Source: Eledone cirrhosa (taxonomy: Eukaryota). Taken from it: a DNA stretch of 64,000 bases. Under the pieces are notes generated by a model. That model was not told the origin of the DNA, did no database searches, and was given only the letters and a program-made list of their open reading frames with translations. The stretch is from assembly GCA_964016885.1 (NCBI GenBank), contig OZ024745.1:90892001-90956000 (forward strand), in the 5' to 3' direction. This document shows, in pieces, positions 9,901 to 22,815 of the stretch. Position 1 is the stretch's first letter. The number at the start of each line of letters is the position of its first letter. The translations under genes and the position numbers were made by a program.

Positions 9901-12900
9901 GCCCACTGAAAGTGTTTTAAACAGCATTGCAAGCCCACTGAAAGAGTTTTAAACAACATTGGAAGCCCACTGAAAGAATTTTAAACAACATTGGAAGCCC
10001 ACTGAAAGAGTTTTAAACAACATTGCAAGCCCACTAAAAGAGTTTTAAACAACATTATAAGCCCACTGAAAGACTTTTAAACAATATTGCAAGCCCACTG
10101 AAAGAGTTTTAAACAACATTGCAAGCCCACTAAAAGTGTTTTAAACAACATTGTAAGCCCACTAATAGTGTTTGAAACAACGTTGCAAGCCCACTGAAAG
10201 AGTTTTAAACAACATTGCTAACACACTGAAAGAGTTTTAAACAACATTGCAAGCCCTCTAAAAGTGTTTTAAACAACATTGCAAGCCCACTGAAAGAGTT
10301 TTAAACAACATTGCAAGCCCTCTAAAATGTTTTAAACAACATTGCAAGCCCACTGAGAGTGTTTTAAACAACATTGCAAGCCCACTAAAAGAGTTTTAAA
10401 CAACATTGGAAGCCCACTGAAAGACTTTTAAACAATATTGCAAGCCCACTGAAAGAGTTTAAACAACATTGCAAGTCCTCTGAAAGAGTTTTAAACAACA
10501 TTGCAAGCCCACTTTTAAACAACATTGCAAGCCCACTGAAAGAGTTTTAAACAACATTGTAAGCCCACTAATAGTGTTTGAAACAACGTTGCAAGCCCAC
10601 TGAAAGAGTTTTAAACAACATTGCAAACACACTGAGAGAGTTTTAAACAACATTGCAAGCCCTCTAAAAGTGTTTTAAACAACATTGCAAGCCCACTGAA
10701 AGAGTTTTAACCAACATTGCAAGCCCAATAAAAGTGTTTTAAACAACATTGCAAGCCCACTGAAAGAGTATTAAAACATATTGCAAGCCCACTGAAAGTG
10801 TTTTAAACAACATTGTAGAGCACTAAAAGAGTTTTAAACAACATTGCAAGCCCCCTGAAAGAGTTTTAAACAATATTGCAAGCCCACTAAAAGAGTTTTA
10901 AACAACATTGGAAGCCCACTAAAAGAGTTTTAAACAACATTGCAAGCCCACTAAAAGTGTTTTAAACAACATTGCAAGCCCACTGAAAGACTTTTAAACA
11001 ACATTGCAAGCCAACTGAAAGAGTTTTAAACAACAACATTGCAAGTCCTCTGAAAGAGTTTTAAACAACATTGCAAGCCCACTTTTAAACAACATTGCAA
11101 GCCCACTGAAAGAGTTTTACACAACATTGCAAGCCTACTAAAAGTGTTTTAAACAACATTGGAAGTCCACTAAAAGTGTTTTAAACAACATTGCAAGCCC
11201 ACTGAAAGAATTTTAAACAACATTGCAAGCCCACTAAAAGTGTTTTAAGAAACATTGCAAGCCCACTGAAAGTGTTTTAAACAGCACTGCAAGTCCACTG
11301 AAAGAGTTTTAAACAACATTGGAAGCCCACTGAAAGAGTTTTAAACAACATTGGAAGCCCACTGAAAGAGTTTTAAACAACATTGCAAGCCCACTAAAAG
11401 AGTTTTAAACAAAATTATAAGCCCACTGACAGAGTTTTAAACAAAATTGCAAGCTCATTGAAAGAGTTTTAAACAACATTGCAAGCTCAATAAAGTGTTT
11501 TAAACAACATTGCAAGCCCTCTAAAATGTTTTAAACAACATTGCAAGCCCACTGAGAGTGTTTTAAACAACATTGCAAGCCCACTAAAAGAGTTTTAAAC
11601 AACATTGGAAGCCCACTGAAAGACTTTTAAACAACATTGCAAGCCAACTGAAAGAGTTTTAAACAACAACATTGCAAGCCCACTAAATGTGTTTTAAACA
11701 ACATTGGAAGTCCACTGAAAGAATTTTAAACAACATTGCAAGCCCACTGAAAGAATTTTAAACAACATTGCAAGCCCACTGAAAGTGCTTTAAACAACAT
11801 TGCAAGCCCACTAAAAGTGTTTTAAACAACATTGTAAGCCCACTGAAAGAGTTTTAAACAATATTGCAAGCCTACTGAAAGAGTTTTAAAGAACATTACA
11901 AGCCCACTGAAAGAGTTTTAAACAAGATTGCAAGCCCTCTAAAAGTGTTTTAAACAACATTGCAAGCTCACTGAAAGTGTTTTAAACAGCATTGCAAGCC
12001 CACTGAAAGAGTTTTAAACAACATTGCAAGCCCACTGAAAGAGTTTTAAACAACATTGGAAACCCACTGAATGAGTTTTAAACAACATTGCAAGCCCACT
12101 AAAAGTTTTTTAAGTAACATTGCAAGCCCTCTAAAAATGTTTTAAACAACATTGCAAGCCCACTGAAAGTGTTTTAAACAGCATTGCAAGCCCACTGAAA
12201 GAGTTTTAAACAACATTGGAAGCCCACTGAAAGAATTTTAAACAACATTGGAAGCCCACTGAAAGAGTTTTAAACAACATTGCAAGCCCACTAAAAGAGT
12301 TTTAAACAACATTATAAGCCCACTGAAAGACTTTTAAACAATATTGCAAGCCCACTGAAAGAGTTTTAAACAACATTGCAAGCCCACTAAAAGTGTTTTA
12401 AACAACATTGTAAGCCCACTAATAGTGTTTGAAACAACGTTGCAAGCCCACTGAAAGAGTTTTAAACAACATTGCTAACACACTGAAAGAGTTTTAAACA
12501 ACATTGCAAGCCCTCTAAAAGTGTTTTAAACAACATTGCAAGCCCACTGAAAGAGTTTTAAACAACATTGCAAGCCCTCTAAAATGTTTTAAACAACATT
12601 GCAAGCCCACTGAGAGTGTTTTAAACAACATTGCAAGCCCACTAAAAGAGTTTTAAACAACATTGGAAGCCCACTGAAAGACTTTTAAACAATATTGCAA
12701 GCCCACTGAAAGAGTTTAAACAACATTGCAAGTCCTCTGAAAGAGTTTTAAACAACATTGCAAGCCCACTTTTAAACAACATTGCAAGCCCACTGAAAGA
12801 GTTTTAAACAACATTGTAAGCCCACTAATAGTGTTTGAAACAACGTTGCAAGCCCACTGAAAGAGTTTTAAACAACATTGCAAACACACTGAGAGAGTTT

Positions 12901-15900
12901 TAAACAACATTGCAAGCCCTCTAAAAGTGTTTTAAACAACATTGCAAGCCCACTGAAAGAGTTTTAACCAACATTGCAAGCCCAATAAAAGTGTTTTAAA
13001 CAACATTGCAAGCCCACTGAAAGAGTATTAAAACATATTGCAAGCCCACTGAAAGTGTTTTAAACAACATTGTAGAGCACTAAAAGAGTTTTAAACAACA
13101 TTGCAAGCCCCCTGAAAGAGTTTTAAACAATATTGCAAGCCCACTAAAAGAGTTTTAAACAACATTGGAAGCCCACTAAAAGAGTTTTAAACAACATTGC
13201 AAGCCCACTAAAAGTGTTTTAAACAACATTGCAAGCCCACTGAAAGACTTTTAAACAACATTGCAAGCCAACTGAAAGAGTTTTAAACAACAACATTGCA
13301 AGTCCTCTGAAAGAGTTTTAAACAACATTGCAAGCCCACTTTTAAACAACATTGCAAGCCCACTGAAAGAGTTTTAAACAACATTGCAAGCCCACTTTTA
13401 AACAACATTGCAACCCCACTGAAAGAGTTTTAAGCAACATTGCAAGCCCTCGAAAATGTTTTAAACAACATTGCAAGCCCACTGAGAGTGTTTTAAACAA
13501 CATTGCAAGCCCACTAAATGTGTTTTAAACAACATTGGAAGTCCACTGAAAGAATTTTAAACAACATTGCAAGCCCACTGAAAGAATTTTAAACAACATT
13601 GCAAGCCCACTGAAAGTGCTTTAAACAACATTGCAAGCCCACTAAAAGTGTTTTAAACAACATTGTAAGCCCACTGAAAGAGTTTTAAACAATATTGCAA
13701 GCCTACTGAAAGAGTTTTAAAGAACATTACAAGCCCACTGAAAGAGTTTTAAACAAGATTGCAAGCCCTCTAAAAGTGTTTTAAACAACATTGCAAGCTC
13801 ACTGAAAGTGTTTTAAACAGCATTGCAAGCCCACTGAAAGAGTTTTAAACAACATTGCAAGCCCACTGAAAGAGTTTTAAACAACATTGGAAACCCACTG
13901 AATGAGTTTTAAACAACATTGCAAGCCCACTAAAAGTTTTTTAAGTAACATTGCAAGCCCTCTAAAAATGTTTTAAACAACATTGCAAGCCCACTGAAAG
14001 TGTTTTAAACAGCATTGCAAGCCCACTGAAAGAGTTTTAAACAACATTGGAAGCCCACTGAAAGAATTTTAAACAACATTGGAAGCCCACTGAAAGAGTT
14101 TTAAACAACATTGCAAGCCCACTAAAAGAGTTTTAAACAACATTATAAGCCCACTGAAAGACTTTTAAACAATATTGCAAGCCCACTGAAAGAGTTTTAA
14201 ACAACATTGCAAGCCCACTAAAAGTGTTTTAAACAACATTGTAAGCCCACTAATAGTGTTTGAAACAACGTTGCAAGCCCACTGAAAGAGTTTTAAACAA
14301 CATTGCTAACACACTGAAAGAGTTTTAAACAACATTGCAAGCCCTCTAAAAGTGTTTTAAACAACATTGCAAGCCCACTGAAAGAGTTTTAAACAACATT
14401 GCAAGCCCTCTAAAATGTTTTAAACAACATTGCAAGCCCACTGAGAGTGTTTTAAACAACATTGCAAGCCCACTAAAAGAGTTTTAAACAACATTGGAAG
14501 CCCACTGAAAGACTTTTAAACAATATTGCAAGCCCACTGAAAGAGTTTAAACAACATTGCAAGTCCTCTGAAAGAGTTTTAAACAACATTGCAAGCCCAC
14601 TTTTAAACAACATTGCAAGCCCACTGAAAGAGTTTTAAACAACATTGTAAGCCCACTAATAGTGTTTGAAACAACGTTGCAAGCCCACTGAAAGAGTTTT
14701 AAACAACATTGCAAACACACTGAGAGAGTTTTAAACAACATTGCAAGCCCTCTAAAAGTGTTTTAAACAACATTGCAAGCCCACTGAAAGAGTTTTAACC
14801 AACATTGCAAGCCCAATAAAAGTGTTTTAAACAACATTGCAAGCCCACTGAAAGAGTATTAAAACATATTGCAAGCCCACTGAAAGTGTTTTAAACAACA
14901 TTGTAGAGCACTAAAAGAGTTTTAAACAACATTGCAAGCCCCCTGAAAGAGTTTTAAACAATATTGCAAGCCCACTAAAAGAGTTTTAAACAACATTGGA
15001 AGCCCACTAAAAGAGTTTTAAACAACATTGCAAGCCCACTAAAAGTGTTTTAAACAACATTGCAAGCCCACTGAAAGACTTTTAAACAACATTGCAAGCC
15101 AACTGAAAGAGTTTTAAACAACAACATTGCAAGTCCTCTGAAAGAGTTTTAAACAACATTGCAAGCCCACTTTTAAACAACATTGCAAGCCCACTGAAAG
15201 AGTTTTAAACAACATTGCAAGCCCACTTTTAAACAACATTGCAACCCCACTGAAAGAGTTTTAAGCAACATTGCAAGCCCTCGAAAATGTTTTAAACAAC
15301 ATTGCAAGCCCACTGAGAGTGTTTTAAACAACATTGCAAGCCCACTAAATGTGTTTTAAACAACATTGGAAGTCCACTGAAAGAATTTTAAACAACATTG
15401 CAAGCCCACTGAAAGAATTTTAAACAACATTGCAAGCCCACTGAAAGTGCTTTAAACAACATTGCAAGCCCACTAAAAGTGTTTTAAACAACATTGTAAG
15501 CCCACTGAAAGAGTTTTAAACAATATTGCAAGCCTACTGAAAGAGTTTTAAAGAACATTACAAGCCCACTGAAAGAGTTTTAAACAAGATTGCAAGCCCT
15601 CTAAAAGTGTTTTAAACAACATTGCAAGCTCACTGAAAGTGTTTTAAACAGCATTGCAAGCCCACTGAAAGAGTTTTAAACAACATTGCAAGCCCACTGA
15701 AAGAGTTTTAAACAACATTGGAAACCCACTGAATGAGTTTTAAACAACATTGCAAGCCCACTAAAAGTTTTTTAAGTAACATTGCAAGCCCTCTAAAAAT
15801 GTTTTAAACAACATTGCAAGCCCACTGAAAGTGTTTTAAACAGCATTGCAAGCCCACTGAAAGAGTTTTCAACAACATTGGAAGCCCACTGAAAGAATTT

Positions 15901-16800
15901 TAAACAACATTGGAAGCCCACTGAAAGAGTTTTAAACAACATTGCAAGCCCACTAAAAGAGTTTTAAACAACATTATAAGCCCACTGAAAGACTTTTAAA
16001 CAATATTGCAAGCCCACTGAAAGAGTTTTAAACAACATTGCAAGCCCACTAAAAGTGTTTTAAACAACATTGTAAGCCCACTAATAGTGTTTGAAACAAC
16101 GTTGCAAGCCCACTGAAAGAGTTTTAAACAACATTGCTAACACACTGAAAGAGTTTTAAACAACATTGCAAGCCCTCTAAAAGTGTTTTAAACAACATTG
16201 CAAGCCCACTGAAAGAGTTTTAAACAACATTGCAAGCCCTCTAAAATGTTTTAAACAACATTGCAAGCCCACTGAGAGTGTTTTAAACAACATTGCAAGC
16301 CCACTAAAAGAGTTTTAAACAACATTGGAAGCCCACTGAAAGACTTTTAAACAATATTGCAAGCCCACTGAAAGAGTTTAAACAACATTGCAAGCCCACT
16401 GAAAGAGTTTTAAACAACATTGTAAGCCCACTAATAGTGTTTGAAACAACGTTGCAAGCCCACTGAAAGAGTTTTAAACAACATTGCAAGCCCTCTAAAA
16501 GTGTTTTAAACAACATTGCAAGCCCACTGAAAGAGTTTTAACCAACATTGCAAGCCCAATAAAAGTGTTTTAAACAACATTGCAAGCCCACTGAAAGAGT
16601 ATTAAAACATATTGCAAGCCCACTGAAAGTGTTTTAAACAACATTGTAGAGCACTAAAAGAGTTTTAAACAACATTGCAAGCCCCCTGAAAGAGTTTTAA
16701 ACAATATTGCAAGCCCACTAAAAGAGTTTTAAACAACATTGGAAGCCCACTAAAAGAGTTTTAAACAACATTGCAAGCCCACTAAAAGTGTTTTAAACAA
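7000..16800. repeat. Higher-order repeat block, about 1.8-kb unit within a 4,056-bp super-unit
   Basis: Marker GCTAACACAC at 8418, 10217, 12474, 14305 and 16136 (spacings 1799, 2257, 1831, 1831). Marker TTACACAAC at 7061 and 11117 (4056). Boundaries approximate. Confidence 0.85.
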
Positions 16801-16999
16801 CATTGCAAGCCCACTGAAAGAGTTCTAAGCAACATTGGAAGCCCACTGAAAGGGTTTTAAACAACATTGGAAGCCCACTGAAAGAGTTTTAAACATCATT
16901 GCAAGCCCACTAAAAGTGTTCTAAACAACATTGCAAGCCCACTGAAAGAATTTTAAACAACATTGCAAGTCCTCTGAAAGAGTTTTAAACAACATTGCA

Positions 17000-19900
17000 A
17001 GCCCACTGAAAGAGTTTTAAACAACATTGCAAGCCCACTAAAAGTGTTTTAAAAAACATTGCAAGCCCACTGAAAGTCTTTTAAACAACATTGCAAGCCC
17101 TCTAAAAATGTTTTAAAAAACATTGCAAGCCCACTAAAAGTGTTTTAAACAGCATTGTAAGCCCACTGACAGAGTTTTAAATAAAATTGCAAGCTCCTTG
17201 AAAGAGTTTTAAACAACATTGCAAGCCCTCTAAAATGTTTTAAACAACATTGCAAGCCCACCGAGAGTGTTTTAAACAACATTGCAAGCCCACTGAAAGA
17301 GTATTAAAACATAGTGCAAGCCCACTGAAAGTGTTTTAAACAACATTGTAGAGCACTAAAAGAGTTTTAAACAACATTGCAAGCCCCCTGAAAGAGTTTT
17401 AAACAATATTGCAAGCCCACTAAAAGAGTTTTAAACAACATTGGAAGCCCACTAAAAGAGTTTTAAACAACATTGCAAGCCCACTAAAAGTGTTTTAAAC
17501 AACATTGCAAGCCCACTGAAAGAGTTTTAAACATCATTGCAAGCAGACTAAAAGTGTTCTAAACAACATTGCAAGCCCACTGAAAGAATTTTAAACAACA
17601 TTGCAAGTCCTCTGAAAGAGTTTTAAACAACATTGCAAGCCCACTTTTAAACAACAGTGCAAGCCCACTGAAAGAGTTTTAAACAACATTGCAAGCCCAC
17701 TAAAAGTGTTTTAAACAACATTGGAAGTCCACTAAAAGTGTTTTAAACAGCATTGCAAGCCCACTGAAAGAGTTTTAAAAAAACATTGGAAGCCCACTGA
17801 AAGAGTTTTAAACAACATTGGAAGCCCACTGAAAGAGTTTTAAACAACATTGTAGAGCACTAAAAGAGTTTTAAACAACATTGCAAGCCCACTAAAAGTC
17901 TTTTAAACAACATTGCAAGCCCACTAAAAGTGTTTTAAACAGCAATGTAAGCCCACTGACAGAGTTTTAAATAAAATTGCAAGCCCATTGAAAGAGTTTT
18001 AAACAACATTTCAAGCCCACTAAAAGTGTTTGAAACAACATTGCAAGCCCTCTAAAATGTTTTAAACAACATTGCAAGCCCACTGAGAGTGTTTTAAACA
18101 ACATTGCAAGCCCACTAAAAGAGTTTTAAACAACATTGGAAGCCCACTGAAAGACTTTTAAACAACATTGCAAGCCCACTGAAAGAGTTTTAAACAACAT
18201 TGCAAGCCCACTAAGGGTGTTTTAAACAACATTGCAAGCCCACTGAAAGACCTTTAAACAACATTGCGAGCCCACTAAAAGTGTTTTAAACAACATTGTA
18301 AGCCCACTGACAGAGTTTTAAACAAAATTGCAAGCTCACTGAAAGAGTTTTAAACAACATGGCAAGCCCACTAAAAGTGTTTTAAACAACATTACTATCC
18401 CTCTGAAAGAGTTTTAAACAACATTGCAAGCCCTCTGAAAGAGTTTTAAACAACATTGCAAGCCCATTGAAAGAGTTTTAAACAACATTGAAAGCCCACT
18501 AAAAGTGTTTTAAAAAACATTGCAAGCCCACTGAATGAGTTTTAAACAACATTGCAAGCACACTAAAAGTCTTTTAAACAACATTGCAAGCACTCTAAAA
18601 GTGTTTTAAAAAACATTGCAAGCCCACTAAAAGTGTTTTAAACAGCATTGTAAGCCCACTGACAGAGTTTTAAATAAAATTGCAAGCTCATTGAAAGAGT
18701 TTTAAACAACATTTCAAGCCCACTAAAAGTGTTTTAAACAACATTGCAAGCCCTCTAAGATGTTTTAAACAACATTGCAAGCCCACTGAGAGTGTTTTAA
18801 ACAACATTGCAAGCCCTCTAAAATGTTTTAAACAACATTGCAAGCCCACTGAGAGTGTTTTAAACAACATTGCAAGCCCACTAAAAGAGTTTTAATCAAC
18901 ATTGGAAGCCCACTGAAAGACTTTTAAACAACATTGCAAGCCCACTGAAACAGTTTTAAACAACATTGCAAGTCCTCTGAAAGAGTTTTAAACAACATTG
19001 CAAGCCCACTTTCAAACAACATTGCAAGCCCACTGAAAGAGTTTTAAACAACATTGCAAGCCCACTAAGGGTGTTTTAAACAACATTGCAAGCCCACTGA
19101 AAGACCTTTAAACAACATTGCGAGCCCACTAAAAGTGTTTTAAACAACATTGTAAGCCCACTGACAGAGTTTTAAACAAAATTGCAAGCTCACTGAAAGA
19201 GTTTTAAACAACTTGGCAAGCCCACTAAAAGTGTTTTAAACAACATTGCAAGCCCTCTGAAAGAGTTTTAAACAACATTGCAAGCCCATGGAAAGAGTTT
19301 TAAACAACATTGCAAGCCCACTTTTAAACAACATTGCAAGCCCACTGAAAGAGTTTTAAACAACATTGCAAGCCCACTAAAAGTGTTTTAAACAACATTG
19401 GAAGTCCACTAAAAGTGTTTTAAACAACATAGCAAGCCCACTGAAAGAATTTTAAACAACATTGCAAGCCCACTAAAAGTGTTTTAAGAAACATTGCAAG
19501 CCCACTGAAAGTGTTTTAAACAGCATTGCAAGCCCACTGAAAGAGTTTTAAACAACATTGGAAGCCCACTGAAAGAGTTTTAAACAACATTGGAAGCCCA
19601 CTGAAAGAGTTTTAAACAACATTGCAAGCCCACTAAAAGTGTTTTAAACAACATTGCAAGCCCTCTGAAAGTGTTTTAAACAGCATTGCAAGGCCACTGA
19701 AAGAGTTTTAAAAAAACATTGGAAGCCCACTGAAAGAGTTTTAAACAACATTGGAAGCCCACTGAAAGAGTTTTAAACATCATTGCAAGCCCACTAAGAG
19801 TGTTTTAAACAACATTGCAAGCCCACTGAATGAGTTTTAAACAACATTGCAAGCCCACTAAAAGTCTTTTAAACAACATTGCAAGCCCTCTAAAAATGTT

Positions 19901-22600
19901 TTAAAAAACATTGCAAGCCCACTAAAAGTGTTTTAAACAGCATTGTAAGCCCACTGACAGAGTTTTAAATAAAATTGCAAGCTCATTGAAAGAGTTTTAA
20001 ACAACATTTCAAGCCCACTAAAAGTGTTTTAAACAACATTGCAAGCCCTCTAAAATGTTTTAAACAACATTACAAGCCCACTGAGAGTGTTTTAAACAAC
20101 ATTGCAAGCCCACTGAAAGAGTATTAAAACATAGTGCAAGCCCACTGAAAGTGTTTTAAACAACATTGTAGAGCACTAAAAGAGTTTTAAACAACATTGC
20201 AAGCCCCCTGAAAGAGTTTTAAACAATATTGCAAGCCCACTAAAAGAGTTTTAAACAACATTGGAAGCCCACTAAAAGAGTTTTAAACAACATTGCAAGC
20301 CCACTAAAAGTGTTTTAAACAACATTGCAAGCCCACTGAAAGAGTTCTAAGCAACATTGGAAGCCCACTGAAAGGGTTTTAAACAACATTGGAAGCCCAC
20401 TGAAAGAGTTTTAAACATCATTGCAAGCCCACTAAAAGTGTTCTAAACAACATTGCAAGCCCACTGAAAGAATTTTAAACAACATTGCAAGCCCACTTTT
20501 AAACAACATTGCAAGCCCACTGAAAGAGTTTTAAACAACATTGCAAGCCCACTAAAAGTGTTTTAAACAACATTGGAAGTCCACTAAAAGTGTTTTAAAC
20601 AACATTGCAAGCCCACTGAAAGAATTTTAAACAACATTGCAAGCCCACTAAAAGTGTTTTAAAGAACACTGCAAGCCCACTGAAAGTGTTTTAAACAGCA
20701 TTGCAAGCCCACTGAAAGAGTTTTAAAAAAACATTGGAAGCCCACTGAAAGAGTTTTAAACAACATTGGAAGCCCACTGAAAGAGTTTTAAACAACATTG
20801 TAGAGCACTAAAAGAGTTTTAAACAACATTGCAAGCCCACTAAAAGTCTTTTAAACAACATTGCAAGCCCTCTAAAAGTGTTTTAAAAAACATTGCAAGC
20901 CCACTAAAAGTGTTTTAAACAGCAATGTAAGCCCACTGACAGAGTTTTAAATAAAATTGCAAGCTCATTGAAAGAGTTTTAAACAACATTTCAAGCCCAC
21001 TAAAAGTGTTTGAAACAACATTGCAAGCCCTCTAAAATGTTTTAAACAACATTGCAAGCCCACTGAGAGTGTTTTAAACAACATTGCAAGCCCACTAAAA
21101 GAGTTTTAAACAACATTGGAAGCCCACTGAAAGACTTTTAAACAACATTGCAAGCCCACTGAAAGAGTTTTAAACAACATTGTAAGCCCACTGACAGAGT
21201 TTTAAACAAAATTGCAAGCTCACTGAAAGAGTTTTAAACAACATGGCAAGCCCACTAAAAGTGTTTTAAACAACATTACTAGCCCTCTGAAAGAGTTTTA
21301 AACAACATTGCAAGCCCTCTGAAAGAGTTTTAAACAACATTGCAAGCCCATTGAAAGAGTTTTAAACAACATTGAAAGCCCACTAAAAGTGTTTTAAAAA
21401 ACATTGCAAGCCCACTGAATGAGTTTTAAACAACATTGCAAGCACACTAAAAGTCTTTTAAACAACATTGCAAGCCCTCTAAAAGTGTTTTAAAAAACAT
21501 TGCAAGCCCACTAAAAGTGTTTTAAACAGCATTGTAAGCCCACTGACAGAGTTTTAAATAAAATTGCAAGCTCATTGAAAGAGTTTTAAACAACATTTCA
21601 AGCCCACTAAAAGTGTTTTAAACAACATTGCAAGCCCTCTAAAATGTTTTAAACAACATTGCAAGCCCACTGAGAGTGTTTTAAACAACATTGCAAGCCC
21701 TCTAAAATGTTTTAAACAACATTGCAAGCCCACTGAGAGTGTTTTAAACAACATTGCAAGCCCACTAAAAGAGTTTTAATCAACATTGGAAGCCCACTGA
21801 AAGACTTTTAAACAACATTGCAAGCCCACTGAAACAGTTTTAAACAACATTGCAAGTCCTCTGAAAGAGTTTTAAACAACATTGCAAGTCCACTTTCAAA
21901 CAACATTGCAAGCCCACTGAAAGAGTTTTAAACAACATTGCAAGCCCACTAAGGGTGTTTTAAACAACATTGCAAGCCCACTGAAAGACCTTTAAACAAC
22001 ATTGCGAGCCCACTAAAAGTGTTTTAAACAACATTGTAAGCCCACTGACAGAGTTTTAAACAAAATTGCAAGCTCACTGAAAGAGTTTTAAACAACTTGG
22101 CAAGCCCACTAAAAGTGTTTTAAACAACATTGCAAGCCCTCTGAAAGAGTTTTAAACAACATTGCAAGCCCATGGAAAGAGTTTTAAACAACATTGCAAG
22201 CCCACTTTTAAACAACATTGCAAGCCCACTGAAAGAGTTTTAAACAACATTGCAAGCCCACTAAAAGTGTTTTAAACAACATTGGAAGTCCACTAAAAGC
22301 GTTTTAAACAACATTGCAAGCCCACTGAAAGAATTTTAAACAACATTGCAAGCCCACTAAAAGTGTTTTAAGAAACATTGCAAGCCCACTGAAAGTGTTT
22401 TAAACAGCATTGCAAGCCCACTGAAAGAGTTTTAAACAACATTGGAAGCCCACTGAAAGAGTTTTAAACAACATTGGAAGCCCACTGAAAGAGTTTTAAA
22501 CAACATTGCAAGCCCATTAAAAGTGTTTTAAACAACATTGCAAGCCCTCTGAAAGACTTTTAAACAACATTGCAAGCCCACTAAAAGTGTTTTAAACAAC
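17000..22600. repeat. Higher-order tandem pair, about 2.8-2.9 kb
   Basis: CATAGTGCAAG at 17310 and 20130 (2820). ACTTGGCAAG at 19211 and 22095 (2884). Boundaries approximate. Confidence 0.75.
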
Positions 22601-22815
22601 ATTGTAAGCCCACTGACAGAGTTTTAAACAAAATTGCAAGCTCATTGAAAGAGTTTTAAACAACATTGCAAGCTCACTAAAAGTGTTTTAAACAACATTG
22701 CAAGCCCTCTATAATGTTTTAAACAACATTGCAAGCCCACTGAGAGTGTTTTAAACAACATTGCAAGCCCACTAAAAGAGTTTTAAACAACATTGGAAGC
22801 CCACTGAAAGACTTT

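Larger units (their letters stand above)
3010..22815. repeat. 32-bp satellite array, segment 1
   Basis: Tandem AAACAACATTGCAAGCCCACT(G/A)AAAG(A/T)GTTTT, with common forms TGAAAGAG and TAAAAGTG and 24-, 30-, 31- and 35-bp length variants, all in one orientation. Confidence 0.98.
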
